Shown here piece by piece: positions 20,336-28,490 of a stretch of 64,000 bases of DNA. The notes beneath the pieces were generated by a model, which worked only from the letters and a program-made list of their open reading frames with translations, was not told the DNA's origin and did no database searches. Each line of letters begins with the position of its first letter. Position 1 is the stretch's first letter. A program made the translations under genes and the position numbers. Source of the stretch: Verrucomicrobiota bacterium (GTDB lineage Bacteria > Verrucomicrobiota > Verrucomicrobiia > Limisphaerales > UBA11358); NCBI GenBank assembly GCA_050012035.1, contig JBEKHY010000019.1, forward strand, positions 971-64,970, given 5' to 3'.

Positions 20336-21622
20336 ATGAAACAGAAAATTCTTCAAATGATGGTGGCGGCGCTCGTGTGCGCGGGTGCGCAGGCGCAGGT
20401 CAACAGCGGCAGCAATGGCAGTGATGGCGCGTTCAATCCCGCATCGAATATCGTCATTGACATGGCAGACCATCCGAATGGCATTTACCAATATACTTCC
20501 GTCAACATTTCAAATGGCGTTACGGTGACGTTTATCCCGAATGCAAACAACACGCCGGTGACTTGGCTCGTGCAAAGCGATTGCACGATAGCTGGGACAG
20601 TATCTGTACAAGGAAATGACTCAACCAATAGTATCGTTGGGGCAAATGGTGGTCCCGGTGGTTCTCGCGGTGGAAACGGCACTTTGACTCCGGGATCACT
20701 CCCGGGGGCTGGACTCGGACTAGGAGGAGGTCAAGTTGGGGTAAATACAAATTGGATTGGTGGTAATGGTTCTTACGCGACGATCGGAGACTGCAATACC
20801 AACCCGCAAACAAGTTCCAGCTCGGGAACATACGCTCAATATTCTCCCGGCAATTCCTATGGAAACATCTTTGAATTGCCACTTCTTGGTGGTTCTGGCG
20901 GAAGTGGTGATGGCTGGAGCGCTCAAGGCGGCGGTGGTGGTGGCGGAGCTATTCTTATAGCCGCCTCCGGTACTCTTAGTATGTCTGGCAGAATTCTGGC
21001 AAAAGGCGGGAACGGATACTATTCGTCTTACAATTATAGCACCGGAGATTGGTATCAAAATGGCCATGGAGGAGCGGGGAGTGGTGGTGCGATTCGCTTG
21101 ATAGCATCCGCTGTTACGGGCAATGGGATACTCGACACAACTGGCGGTTCTGCTGTTTACGGGTATTCGTGTTACTGCTGCGGTTGCAATAGTGTTTATG
21201 ACAATGCAGGTAACGGTCGAATTCGAATTGAAGGACTTTTAGACACTTTCACCGGTGGAACTGCTGGCGTAGCCACACGCGGCTACACTGGAATTATTTT
21301 CATGCCGACGAATCAGCAACCTCAGTTGCTTGTCGTTAGCGTCGGCGGAGTTCCAATTTCCGCGTCGCCTACCGGCGTGTTATCCACGCCGGATGCCGTC
21401 CTTTCCGCGCAGCAAAATAATCCCATTCCCGCCGTCGTGAGTTGCGCGAACCTGCCGTTGAACACGCTCATCACCGTGAGCGTGCTACCAGCAAATGGTG
21501 CTTCCGTCAGCGCGACAGGCTACAACAACACCGGCACGCAAACGTCCAGCACGGCTACCATTTCCGTCAACATCCCGCGCGGTGGCGGTCTCATTTACGC
21601 CACGGCTGCAACCTCAAATTAA
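20336..21622 (+). CDS. Secreted glycine-rich hypothetical protein (beta-helix-like repeats)
   Basis: Signal peptide MKQKILQMMVAALVCAGAQAQ. Repeated GG(S/N)GG...AI(L/R)LIAS..(L/V)..(S/N)G units. A Cys cluster YSCYCCGC. No family recognised. Confidence 0.6.
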   Translation: MKQKILQMMVAALVCAGAQAQVNSGSNGSDGAFNPASNIVIDMADHPNGIYQYTSVNISNGVTVTFIPNANNTPVTWLVQSDCTIAGTVSVQGNDSTNSIVGANGGPGGSRGGNGTLTPGSLPGAGLGLGGGQVGVNTNWIGGNGSYATIGDCNTNPQTSSSSGTYAQYSPGNSYGNIFELPLLGGSGGSGDGWSAQGGGGGGGAILIAASGTLSMSGRILAKGGNGYYSSYNYSTGDWYQNGHGGAGSGGAIRLIASAVTGNGILDTTGGSAVYGYSCYCCGCNSVYDNAGNGRIRIEGLLDTFTGGTAGVATRGYTGIIFMPTNQQPQLLVVSVGGVPISASPTGVLSTPDAVLSAQQNNPIPAVVSCANLPLNTLITVSVLPANGASVSATGYNNTGTQTSSTATISVNIPRGGGLIYATAATSN

Positions 21623-21631
21623 CAAAATTGC

Positions 21632-24094
21632 ATGAGGTCTTGGCGGCAACTTGTAATCGTTGCGGTTTTGCTTCTGCAATCATTGCCCGTTTTTGCCGAC
21701 GACGTGATTACCAATTTCATGTCGCCGATTGTGAGCTATCAATACGCGGAAGATTTCAGCAGCGAAGTTTTAACCAATGGCGGAATTCAATCGCCTATTG
21801 TCAGTTTCCAATATCTTCAAGACTTCGGCAGCACGGCTTTGACGAACGGCGGCATCATCTCACCGATTATCAGCTATGAATATCTCGAAAATTTCAGCAA
21901 CATGGTTTTGACAAATGGCGGCATCATGTCGCCGATTGTCAGTTATCAGTATTACGAGTGGCCGGGCAGCGGCATTCTGAATTTAGAAAGCAGTCCGGTG
22001 GTGAGTTATTACTGGCAGTTCGGCAATTCATCCGGGCCGGTTGTTCTTCACGGTCGCGTGACCGACGTGAACGGTGTGGCGCTTGCAGACGCGACGGTCG
22101 CAGTAATGATTTATTTGACTCCGTTGGCGCAAGCGAACACGGACGCGAACGGAAATTATCAAATGCCATCTCTGGACGCGGGCGCTTACAATCTTGAGGC
22201 TTGGGATTCAGCTCACCAAGCGTCATTTCGGAGTCTGACGCTGAACGCGAACACGGCGGAGCAGGATTTTCAGTTGAAACTGATGCCATCCACGCCAACG
22301 AGCCAGCAGGTGAATCGGTCGGCAACGGTGAACTACACGGTGAATGATCTCATGGGCAGCCAGCTTTTGATTTACAACGGCTCTTCCTTTGTGCCGATCA
22401 CGGCAAACAATCTGCCTTCGCCGAACCTTATGACGATTGTGATGATGCACGGGTGGGTGTGGACTGCACCAGATCCATCCATCCTAAACACGCCATTTGA
22501 CCAGTGGCCGGCAAACATGGCAGCATTGTTGCAATCGAGAGGAGTCACTCCCGCAACGGCGAACATCGTCGCTTGGGACTGGCGTTATGCCGCCATGTCG
22601 TCATTTCCTCCTTCAGATCCAACCCTCCGAACGCCAGATCAAGGCGTGGGTTTGGGAGAAGCCTTGCAACAATTTTTGGGCGCGAGCTATTCACAGCCGT
22701 TGCATTTCATTGGACACAGCCTCGGCACACTGGTCAACGCAGCGGCAATCGATTATCTGCATGGGTATCGTTCGGGGCATCAGGACTATTCGCCAACGCC
22801 TTGGGCAAACAATCTCATTCACATCACGCTATTCGATCAAGCGCAAATGGCGGAATTTGGCACGAAGCCTGTGTTGGATGACGGCTTGGATCCGACGGCT
22901 TTGGATGCTTGGAATGCGGCGTTTGCTCCGAACAATAACGCCCAACAAAACTGGCAATCTCCTTTGCCGCAAAAATTCACCTGGGCGGACAACTATGAAT
23001 CGTTTGTTGGAGGCGAATTGCCGAATGTGGCAAACATTTGGCTGCAAAAAGGCGCGCTTAATGCGCTTCCGAGCAATCCTTCCCTCGAAGCAATTGTGGA
23101 ATTTTTGGACGAAACTCACAGTTACCCAATTTATTGGTATGATCTGTCTATCATGAATCCGACGGATGCGAATAATCCGCTTGGATTCAAGCGAAGTTAT
23201 GAGTATGCGCCGTCGGCTTTTCCTCCGTCGGACACAACCACTTACCATCAAGCACCGGCAAATAATGACGGGCTTGCCTTGGAACCTGTCAACACAGTTG
23301 AACGGCCGCTCGGACTTTTACCCGACGTTGTGTTACAGACCACTGTGGACACAATTCAATACACCAGCGGAGTTACGGTGCAGATCGCGAATACAGTTCA
23401 AAATGATTTTTCCAGTTTCTTTAACTATGTGGGCGGCATTGCTGCATCAGGCGGGCAGGCGGTGGTGAATCTCTTCGATTCAGCGGCGCTCAACCTGACT
23501 TTAAGCACAATTCCGTCTTCTTCGCCAAACTTGCAAGTAAGAACCGGTGTGCATCCGCTAGCGAACAGCAACGACAACTCTAGCTTGCCGCCAATGGTGT
23601 GGCTGCCGATTCAAATTCCAGCCAATGCAGCAGTAATGGCGTTTGATTTCACCGTGTCGGGCGATCCGGTGAACGACTCGTTGGTTTGCGGCATCGGGAC
23701 AAACAACCTGTTTTCATTGCAGGCGAAATACATTCCCACGAACGCGGTTTCGGCCAGCCGTTTAATTGACGTGATGGCTTGGGCCGGCGCAACGAATGAA
23801 TTGTTCTTTGGCTTTTTGGGCGGCACCTCGACCAATGCCACACTGGAAATAGAAAATATCCGGTTTTACAGTTTTGAGCAGCCGGCGTTGCAGGCTCAAG
23901 CCAACGGTGGAAATCTGATTTTGTCATGGCCGATGTCGGCGCAGAATTTCAGTCTGCAAACCACGACCAATCTCGCCGACTCAAATTCGTGGACGACCCT
24001 GACGAACGTTCCGGCAATCGTGAATTTGCAGAACACAGTTACCAATCCAATCACCGGCAATCAGGGCTTTTATCGGCTAATTCAATCGCAGTAA
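21632..24094 (+). CDS. Secreted multidomain protein: 23-aa tandem repeats, CarboxypepD_reg-like domain, alpha/beta-hydrolase (lipase-like GHSLG), C-terminal FYRL domain
   Basis: Signal peptide. SPIVSYQY..DF....LTNGGI repeated. GRVTDVNGVALADATV...DANGNY. MMHGW...HFIGHSLGT nucleophile elbow. Ends ..GFYRLIQSQ. Confidence 0.7.
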   Translation: MRSWRQLVIVAVLLLQSLPVFADDVITNFMSPIVSYQYAEDFSSEVLTNGGIQSPIVSFQYLQDFGSTALTNGGIISPIISYEYLENFSNMVLTNGGIMSPIVSYQYYEWPGSGILNLESSPVVSYYWQFGNSSGPVVLHGRVTDVNGVALADATVAVMIYLTPLAQANTDANGNYQMPSLDAGAYNLEAWDSAHQASFRSLTLNANTAEQDFQLKLMPSTPTSQQVNRSATVNYTVNDLMGSQLLIYNGSSFVPITANNLPSPNLMTIVMMHGWVWTAPDPSILNTPFDQWPANMAALLQSRGVTPATANIVAWDWRYAAMSSFPPSDPTLRTPDQGVGLGEALQQFLGASYSQPLHFIGHSLGTLVNAAAIDYLHGYRSGHQDYSPTPWANNLIHITLFDQAQMAEFGTKPVLDDGLDPTALDAWNAAFAPNNNAQQNWQSPLPQKFTWADNYESFVGGELPNVANIWLQKGALNALPSNPSLEAIVEFLDETHSYPIYWYDLSIMNPTDANNPLGFKRSYEYAPSAFPPSDTTTYHQAPANNDGLALEPVNTVERPLGLLPDVVLQTTVDTIQYTSGVTVQIANTVQNDFSSFFNYVGGIAASGGQAVVNLFDSAALNLTLSTIPSSSPNLQVRTGVHPLANSNDNSSLPPMVWLPIQIPANAAVMAFDFTVSGDPVNDSLVCGIGTNNLFSLQAKYIPTNAVSASRLIDVMAWAGATNELFFGFLGGTSTNATLEIENIRFYSFEQPALQAQANGGNLILSWPMSAQNFSLQTTTNLADSNSWTTLTNVPAIVNLQNTVTNPITGNQGFYRLIQSQ
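21722..22015 (+). repeat. In-frame 69-nt (23-aa) tandem repeats, 3 full and 2 partial units
   Basis: SPIVSYQYAEDFSSEVLTNGGIQ / SPIVSFQYLQDFGSTALTNGGII / SPIISYEYLENFSNMVLTNGGIM / SPIVSYQYYEW... / SPVVSYYW. Confidence 0.85.
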
Positions 24095-24179
24095 CAAATC
24101 GCACGACCCGTCCGCCATCTGATGGCTTTCGGCTGGCATGGGGCAAGTGTGCGCGGAACTTTGATCAGGTCAATCCCAA

Positions 24180-24236
24180 GGAAACGGCTTGAAAGGGGCC
24201 GAAATCTGATGTTGACGGATTGACGCCGATAGATTT
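24180..24236 (+). repeat. Left copy of an imperfect ~57-60 bp direct repeat flanking the R-M cassette
   Basis: GGAAACGGCTTGAAAGGGGCCGAAATCTGATGTTGACGGATTGACGCCGATAGATTT versus the right copy at 26775-26834. Confidence 0.8.
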
Positions 24237-24299
24237 CGTGCGCACACTCGCTTTGTTTTCCAAACGGGAACGTTTACGCATTTCAGTATGTGACAACGT

Positions 24300-25157
24300 A
24301 TGCACATCGCTCAAACAAAAGATGAGAGTCTCACATCGGGCGGGCCGCAGTATTATCTTCATGACATGCCCGACCACGCAAAGGAGTTTCTCCGGAAGAG
24401 AGGTGCTTGTCCGGTTGTTCTGCAGACTCCTTACGGCATCGCGAACAGTTCGTTCACGGCGGTTGGCCGGGACCACAAACTCGCGGCAGGAGGAAGGGTC
24501 GTAAAAGGCAAAGTCGGGCATGACCGAATCCAAGGCAAAGAATCCATCGGCGAGGCAATCCGCTATTGGTATGGTTTGAAGCACAAGGCGGATTTTGAAC
24601 GGATTGACCTTGAAGCGATGATTCACGATGACGGGCATTTCATTCTCATACCAATTGCGGTGACGATGCGAAGAACAAAACGTTCGCAAACGCTGGAGAA
24701 AATCAACTACCCACTTTCATTTCACCACGATTATCAAAGCAAGCTTTGGAAACGACAGATCGATGCGGCACGGAAAAAGTCGTCTGAGGACGTTTCATGG
24801 GCCGCTGCCCAAATCAAACGCGTCGTGACCGAGCATGCACGGATGGACACTCAACGCGTTCACGAAGCTGATTTGCTACGCACTGCGGGTGCGCTTTCAC
24901 TGCTTGGCCTTGATTTGAGTTTGTATCTGACAAAAGGCTACGACTGCCCTAAAAGCCAATTTAGTTTCTACAACTTGCCGGTGTATCCGTGTCCGGTTGA
25001 AATAAAAAAGCGATCCTCGCGTTTCGATTATCAAATCACACGCTACACCAACCTGCCGCGAGCCGTCGTGCTTTGCCTCGAACACGACTTGATCAATCCG
25101 CCGGATCACGTGGATGTTGTCGAACTTTCGACATTGGCGGATTATCTTAAAGCCTGA
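24300..25157 (+). CDS. Hypothetical protein, candidate type II restriction endonuclease partner of the adjacent methyltransferase
   Basis: Its stop is 3 nt before the methyltransferase ATG. There is a possible PD-(D/E)XK-like signature ..GYD-x19-VEIKK. No family recognised, and the true start is uncertain. Confidence 0.45.
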   Translation: MHIAQTKDESLTSGGPQYYLHDMPDHAKEFLRKRGACPVVLQTPYGIANSSFTAVGRDHKLAAGGRVVKGKVGHDRIQGKESIGEAIRYWYGLKHKADFERIDLEAMIHDDGHFILIPIAVTMRRTKRSQTLEKINYPLSFHHDYQSKLWKRQIDAARKKSSEDVSWAAAQIKRVVTEHARMDTQRVHEADLLRTAGALSLLGLDLSLYLTKGYDCPKSQFSFYNLPVYPCPVEIKKRSSRFDYQITRYTNLPRAVVLCLEHDLINPPDHVDVVELSTLADYLKA

Positions 25158-25160
25158 TCG

Positions 25161-26732
25161 ATGCGCGCCTATATCGAACCAATCTTTGAAGCAATTCCCG
25201 CCGCTCGTCAGGAAGACGCGCGGCATTACGGCGTGCATCCTTACTTCACCCGGCGCCCGGCGAACGTCGTGCGGAGCTATATCGAGCGATATTCGGAGGA
25301 GGGCGACACGGTGCTTGACCCATTCGGTGGCACAGGGGTGACGGCAATCGAGGCGTTTCTGCTCGGACGCAACGCGATTCAAAATGACCTGAACCCGTTC
25401 GCCAATTTTATCGCGCGCAATATAGCCGACACGACTTTGCCTTCCACCTCGCCGCTGCGCCAAGCATTCGAGCGCGTGGAGCAAGCCTGCAGACATTCCT
25501 TGCAGGACATTGAGGAAGATGAAGAAAAAGCGTTGCAGTGGCTCAAAAAACTCCCATTGCCAAAAAATATCCGGTTGCCACACAATTCGGACGCCGAATT
25601 CTTTCGGGACATGTTCACGCCCCGGCAATTGGCCGGACTGGCTTTGATCAAATTCGCGATTGACCACGAAAAAGGCGTCATCCGCGATTTGCTGCTTCTC
25701 GCCTGGTCGGCATCGGTCGCGAAGCTCAACAAGACCTTTTTATCGGCCAAAGGCCGCGCTGAGAGCCGGGGCGGCTCGAGCATCTTCAGCATTTACCGCT
25801 ACAAATTGGCCGCGCTGACCGTTGAGCTTCCTATTTGGGAAACTTTTCACGGCCGTTTCCTGAATGTCCTCGCAGCCAAAGAAGAGGTGTTGCGACTGCG
25901 AAATTATCGGAAAAAGAGACGTAGATCGTTCAATCTCGACAGCGAAAAGAATTTCCATGTATTGGCGCACGACGCCGCCACGCTCGATAAAATCCTCAAA
26001 CCGGGCAGCGTGGACTATATCTTTACAGATCCGCCTTACGGAGCGTTCATCAGTTATCTCGATCTTTCCATTTTGTGGAACCATTGGCTTGGCTTCCCGG
26101 TAACGGACGAAACCCGCAAGCAGGAAACCATCGTCGGCGGCGAGCAAGCACACACGGAGGAACACTATAAACAGAGTTTGGCGCACAGCATCAAAACCTC
26201 TTTTCGCCTGTTGAAACCCGATCGCTGGTTCTCCATCGTGTTTCAACATTGGGATACCAGTTACTTCGCCGCGATCCTGGAGACGGCAGAGGAATGTGGC
26301 GGTCAATTGAAGGCTGCGATTACTCAGACCGGCGATGTTATCTGGTCCATGCACAAAAAGAAGAACTCGGCAAGCGTTCTGGCTGGCGAGATGATACTGA
26401 CCTTTTACAAGCCGGCCAAAGCCAGCAAGCCGTTGAAAGAATCAAAGCCAATCATGGCGGCGGACCCGGCCAAAATCCTTCCGGAAATTTTTGATACTTG
26501 CCTCGACAACGGCGTCGGTGTCTTTACCAGCGAGGCTTTGTTCAATCGGCTGGTCATGGAACTGTGGCATCGCCGTGCGTTGGGCTGCCTGAATCTGAAC
26601 CGCGAACAGTTTGCCCAGCAATTGGAGCAACGCGGCTGGAGTTACAATACGCGCACTCACACTTGGTCGAAAGCTTCTTACCCCAAAAAAATCTTCGCGG
26701 AAATGATGTTGTTTGACCGCGAGAACGATTGA
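25161..26732 (+). CDS. Site-specific DNA methyltransferase (N6-adenine type DPPY motif, N4/N6 methylase family)
   Basis: HPYFTRRP...VLDPFGGTGVTAIEA (AdoMet motifs X and I) at the N-terminus. The catalytic IFTDPPYG lies ~250 aa downstream, giving alpha-like motif order. Confidence 0.85.
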   Translation: MRAYIEPIFEAIPAARQEDARHYGVHPYFTRRPANVVRSYIERYSEEGDTVLDPFGGTGVTAIEAFLLGRNAIQNDLNPFANFIARNIADTTLPSTSPLRQAFERVEQACRHSLQDIEEDEEKALQWLKKLPLPKNIRLPHNSDAEFFRDMFTPRQLAGLALIKFAIDHEKGVIRDLLLLAWSASVAKLNKTFLSAKGRAESRGGSSIFSIYRYKLAALTVELPIWETFHGRFLNVLAAKEEVLRLRNYRKKRRRSFNLDSEKNFHVLAHDAATLDKILKPGSVDYIFTDPPYGAFISYLDLSILWNHWLGFPVTDETRKQETIVGGEQAHTEEHYKQSLAHSIKTSFRLLKPDRWFSIVFQHWDTSYFAAILETAEECGGQLKAAITQTGDVIWSMHKKKNSASVLAGEMILTFYKPAKASKPLKESKPIMAADPAKILPEIFDTCLDNGVGVFTSEALFNRLVMELWHRRALGCLNLNREQFAQQLEQRGWSYNTRTHTWSKASYPKKIFAEMMLFDREND

Positions 26733-26774
26733 AACGATCTCTTGAATGGGCCGTTTCCGAATGGCCTAATTCGT

Positions 26775-26834
26775 GGAAAACGGCTTGAATATGGCCGAAT
26801 TCTGATGTTGACGGATTGGTGGCAACTGATATTT
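26775..26834 (+). repeat. Right copy of the direct repeat flanking the R-M cassette
   Basis: GGAAAACGGCTTGAATATGGCCGAATTCTGATGTTGACGGATTGGTGGCAACTGATATTT. Confidence 0.8.
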
Positions 26835-26835
26835 T
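26808..26835 (+). promoter_or_regulatory. Candidate rplY promoter (TTGACG-N16-TATTTT) inside the right direct repeat
   Basis: Hexamers read by eye, 55 nt upstream of the rplY ATG. Confidence 0.3.
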
Positions 26836-26890
26836 TCCCTGCTCTTTGGCGAGCCGGTCTAACCGGTAACGCCGGAATTTTTTTAAGACG

Positions 26891-27754
26891 ATGAAATCAG
26901 TGCCGTTGAAAGCGTATCCCCGCACGTTGCAACGCCGGGGCGGAGCCAAACGATTGCGCGCCGCCGGGCGCGTGCCCGCGATCATTTACGGTCGCCAGGC
27001 CAGGCCCCAGAACCTCGAGGTCAACGCCAAGGAACTCGAGGAGCTCATCCACCATTCCGCCTCGGAAAATGTGCTGGTGGATTTGTCGGTCGAAAGCGAC
27101 GCGCGCGCCAAACGTCTCGCGCTCGTGCAGGAAATCCAGCACCACCCGCTCGAAGGCAACATGTTGCACGTGGATTTCCATGAAGTCGCCGAAAACGAAA
27201 AGGTCGTCGTCCATGTCCCGCTGGAAACCACCGGTGAAGCCGCGGGCGTGAAAACCGGCGGCGGGGTGCTCGAACACATTATGTTCAAGCTCAAAGTCCG
27301 CTGTCTGCCCCGGGATTTGCCAGAGCAAATCATCGTGGACGTCAGCCATCTCGAACTGGGCAAGGCCGTCCACCTCGGCGAAATCCAAGCCCCCGCCGGC
27401 GTCGAAATTCTGGGCGACAAAAATATCCCGGTCGTGGCCGTGGCCATGCCGCGCACCGAAGAGGAAGAGGCGGCGGCGACCGTGGAGGGTGAGGCGGTGT
27501 CCGCCGGCGACGTCGAGATGATCAAGGAAAAGAAAGAAGAGGGTGAAGAAGGCGAAGCGAAAGCCCCGGCCAAAGGCGTGGAAAAGGGCGCCGCCCGGCC
27601 CGGCGAAAAAGCCCCGGCCAAAGGGGCCGAGAAAGGTGCGGCCAAGGCCGCCGAAAAGGGCGCGGCGAAAGTTCCGGAGAAGGGCGCAGCCGCTACTCCG
27701 GAAAAGGCCGCCGACCGGGCCGCCGGGACAAAACCGGCGGAGAAAAAGAAGTAA
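26891..27754 (+). CDS. rplY: 50S ribosomal protein L25/general stress protein Ctc, with a long K/A/E/P-rich C-terminal tail
   Basis: RGGAKRLRAAGRVPAIIYG...LVQEIQHHPL...HVDF. The tail is ..KAPAKGVEKGAA..KGAEKGAAKAAEKGAAK.. Confidence 0.9.
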   Translation: MKSVPLKAYPRTLQRRGGAKRLRAAGRVPAIIYGRQARPQNLEVNAKELEELIHHSASENVLVDLSVESDARAKRLALVQEIQHHPLEGNMLHVDFHEVAENEKVVVHVPLETTGEAAGVKTGGGVLEHIMFKLKVRCLPRDLPEQIIVDVSHLELGKAVHLGEIQAPAGVEILGDKNIPVVAVAMPRTEEEEAAATVEGEAVSAGDVEMIKEKKEEGEEGEAKAPAKGVEKGAARPGEKAPAKGAEKGAAKAAEKGAAKVPEKGAAATPEKAADRAAGTKPAEKKK

Positions 27755-27766
27755 CGCGCGTTTTGC

Positions 27767-27826
27767 GCGTTGCGTGTTCCGTGATTCGCGAACGAAAAAT
27801 TTCACGCAACACGAAACACGCAACAC
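27767..27826. repeat. Imperfect hairpin built from ACACG/CGTGT short repeats in the rplY-pth spacer
   Basis: Arms GCGTTGCGTGTTCCGTG (27767-27783) and CACGAAACACGCAACAC (27810-27826), about 15/17 complementary. Confidence 0.5.
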
Positions 27827-27838
27827 GAGAAAGCTCAC

Positions 27839-28423
27839 ATGGAAAATAGGTTCCTGATTGTGGGCTTGGGCAATCCCGGCGCGGAATACGCGGAGACGCG
27901 ACACAATGCCGGGTTTTCGCTGGTCAGGAAACTGGCCGCGCGCTGGAAAGTGGACTGGCGGAACGAACGGAAGTTCAAGGCCCGCGTGGCGCGCGTCGAA
28001 CGCAACGGCAAACGCGTCCTGCTGTGCCAGCCGAAGACGTTCATGAATGCGAGCGGCGCAGCGGTGCGGGCGGTGATGGATTTTTATCAGTTGCCGCTGG
28101 AACATTTACTGGTGGCGGTGGACGATGCCGATCTGCCGCTGGGCGAGCTCCGGTTGCGGGCGGGCGGCAGCAGCGGCGGACATCACGGTCTGGAGTCCGT
28201 CGCGCAGTATCTGGCCACGCAGGCGTTCACACGGTTGCGCCTCGGCATCGGCCGCAAAGACGGCGCGCGGGAAATCACGGATTACGTGCTGGACCGTTTT
28301 GAAGCAAGGGAAGCGGCGCTGATGGAAAAAGTTTTGGGCCGCGCGGCTGACCAGGCCGAATGCTGGCTGGACGACGGAATTGAAAAGGCAATGAACCAGT
28401 TTAATGCCAGTCTACCAACTTAG
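27839..28423 (+). CDS. pth: Peptidyl-tRNA hydrolase
   Basis: LIVGLGNPG.EY..TRHN.GF signature. Confidence 0.95.
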   Translation: MENRFLIVGLGNPGAEYAETRHNAGFSLVRKLAARWKVDWRNERKFKARVARVERNGKRVLLCQPKTFMNASGAAVRAVMDFYQLPLEHLLVAVDDADLPLGELRLRAGGSSGGHHGLESVAQYLATQAFTRLRLGIGRKDGAREITDYVLDRFEAREAALMEKVLGRAADQAECWLDDGIEKAMNQFNASLPT

Positions 28424-28474
28424 GTAGGGTCGGCGCGCTGCGCCGACCGGACGCCGCAGCGTGGCGTCCCTACC
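28423..28474. repeat. 52-bp palindromic (REP-like) element, copy 1
   Basis: GGTAGGG-TCGGCGCgctGCGCCGA-ccgg-ACGCCgcagcgtGGCGT-CCCTACC, an outer stem plus two inner hairpins. It is 50/52 identical to the reverse complement of 41361-41412. Confidence 0.85.
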
Positions 28475-28490
28475 AGACGAAAAATAAAAA

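Noticed and set aside
24165-24689. 174-aa minus-strand ORF in the island
   Set aside because: It overlaps the left direct repeat and the plus-strand ORF that is coupled to the methyltransferase. I saw no motifs. Its C-terminal residues simply mirror the repeat that is also seen in ORF 26554-26985.
26897-28105. 402-aa minus-strand ORF
   Set aside because: It is antisense to rplY and pth. It is a shadow ORF in GC-rich DNA.
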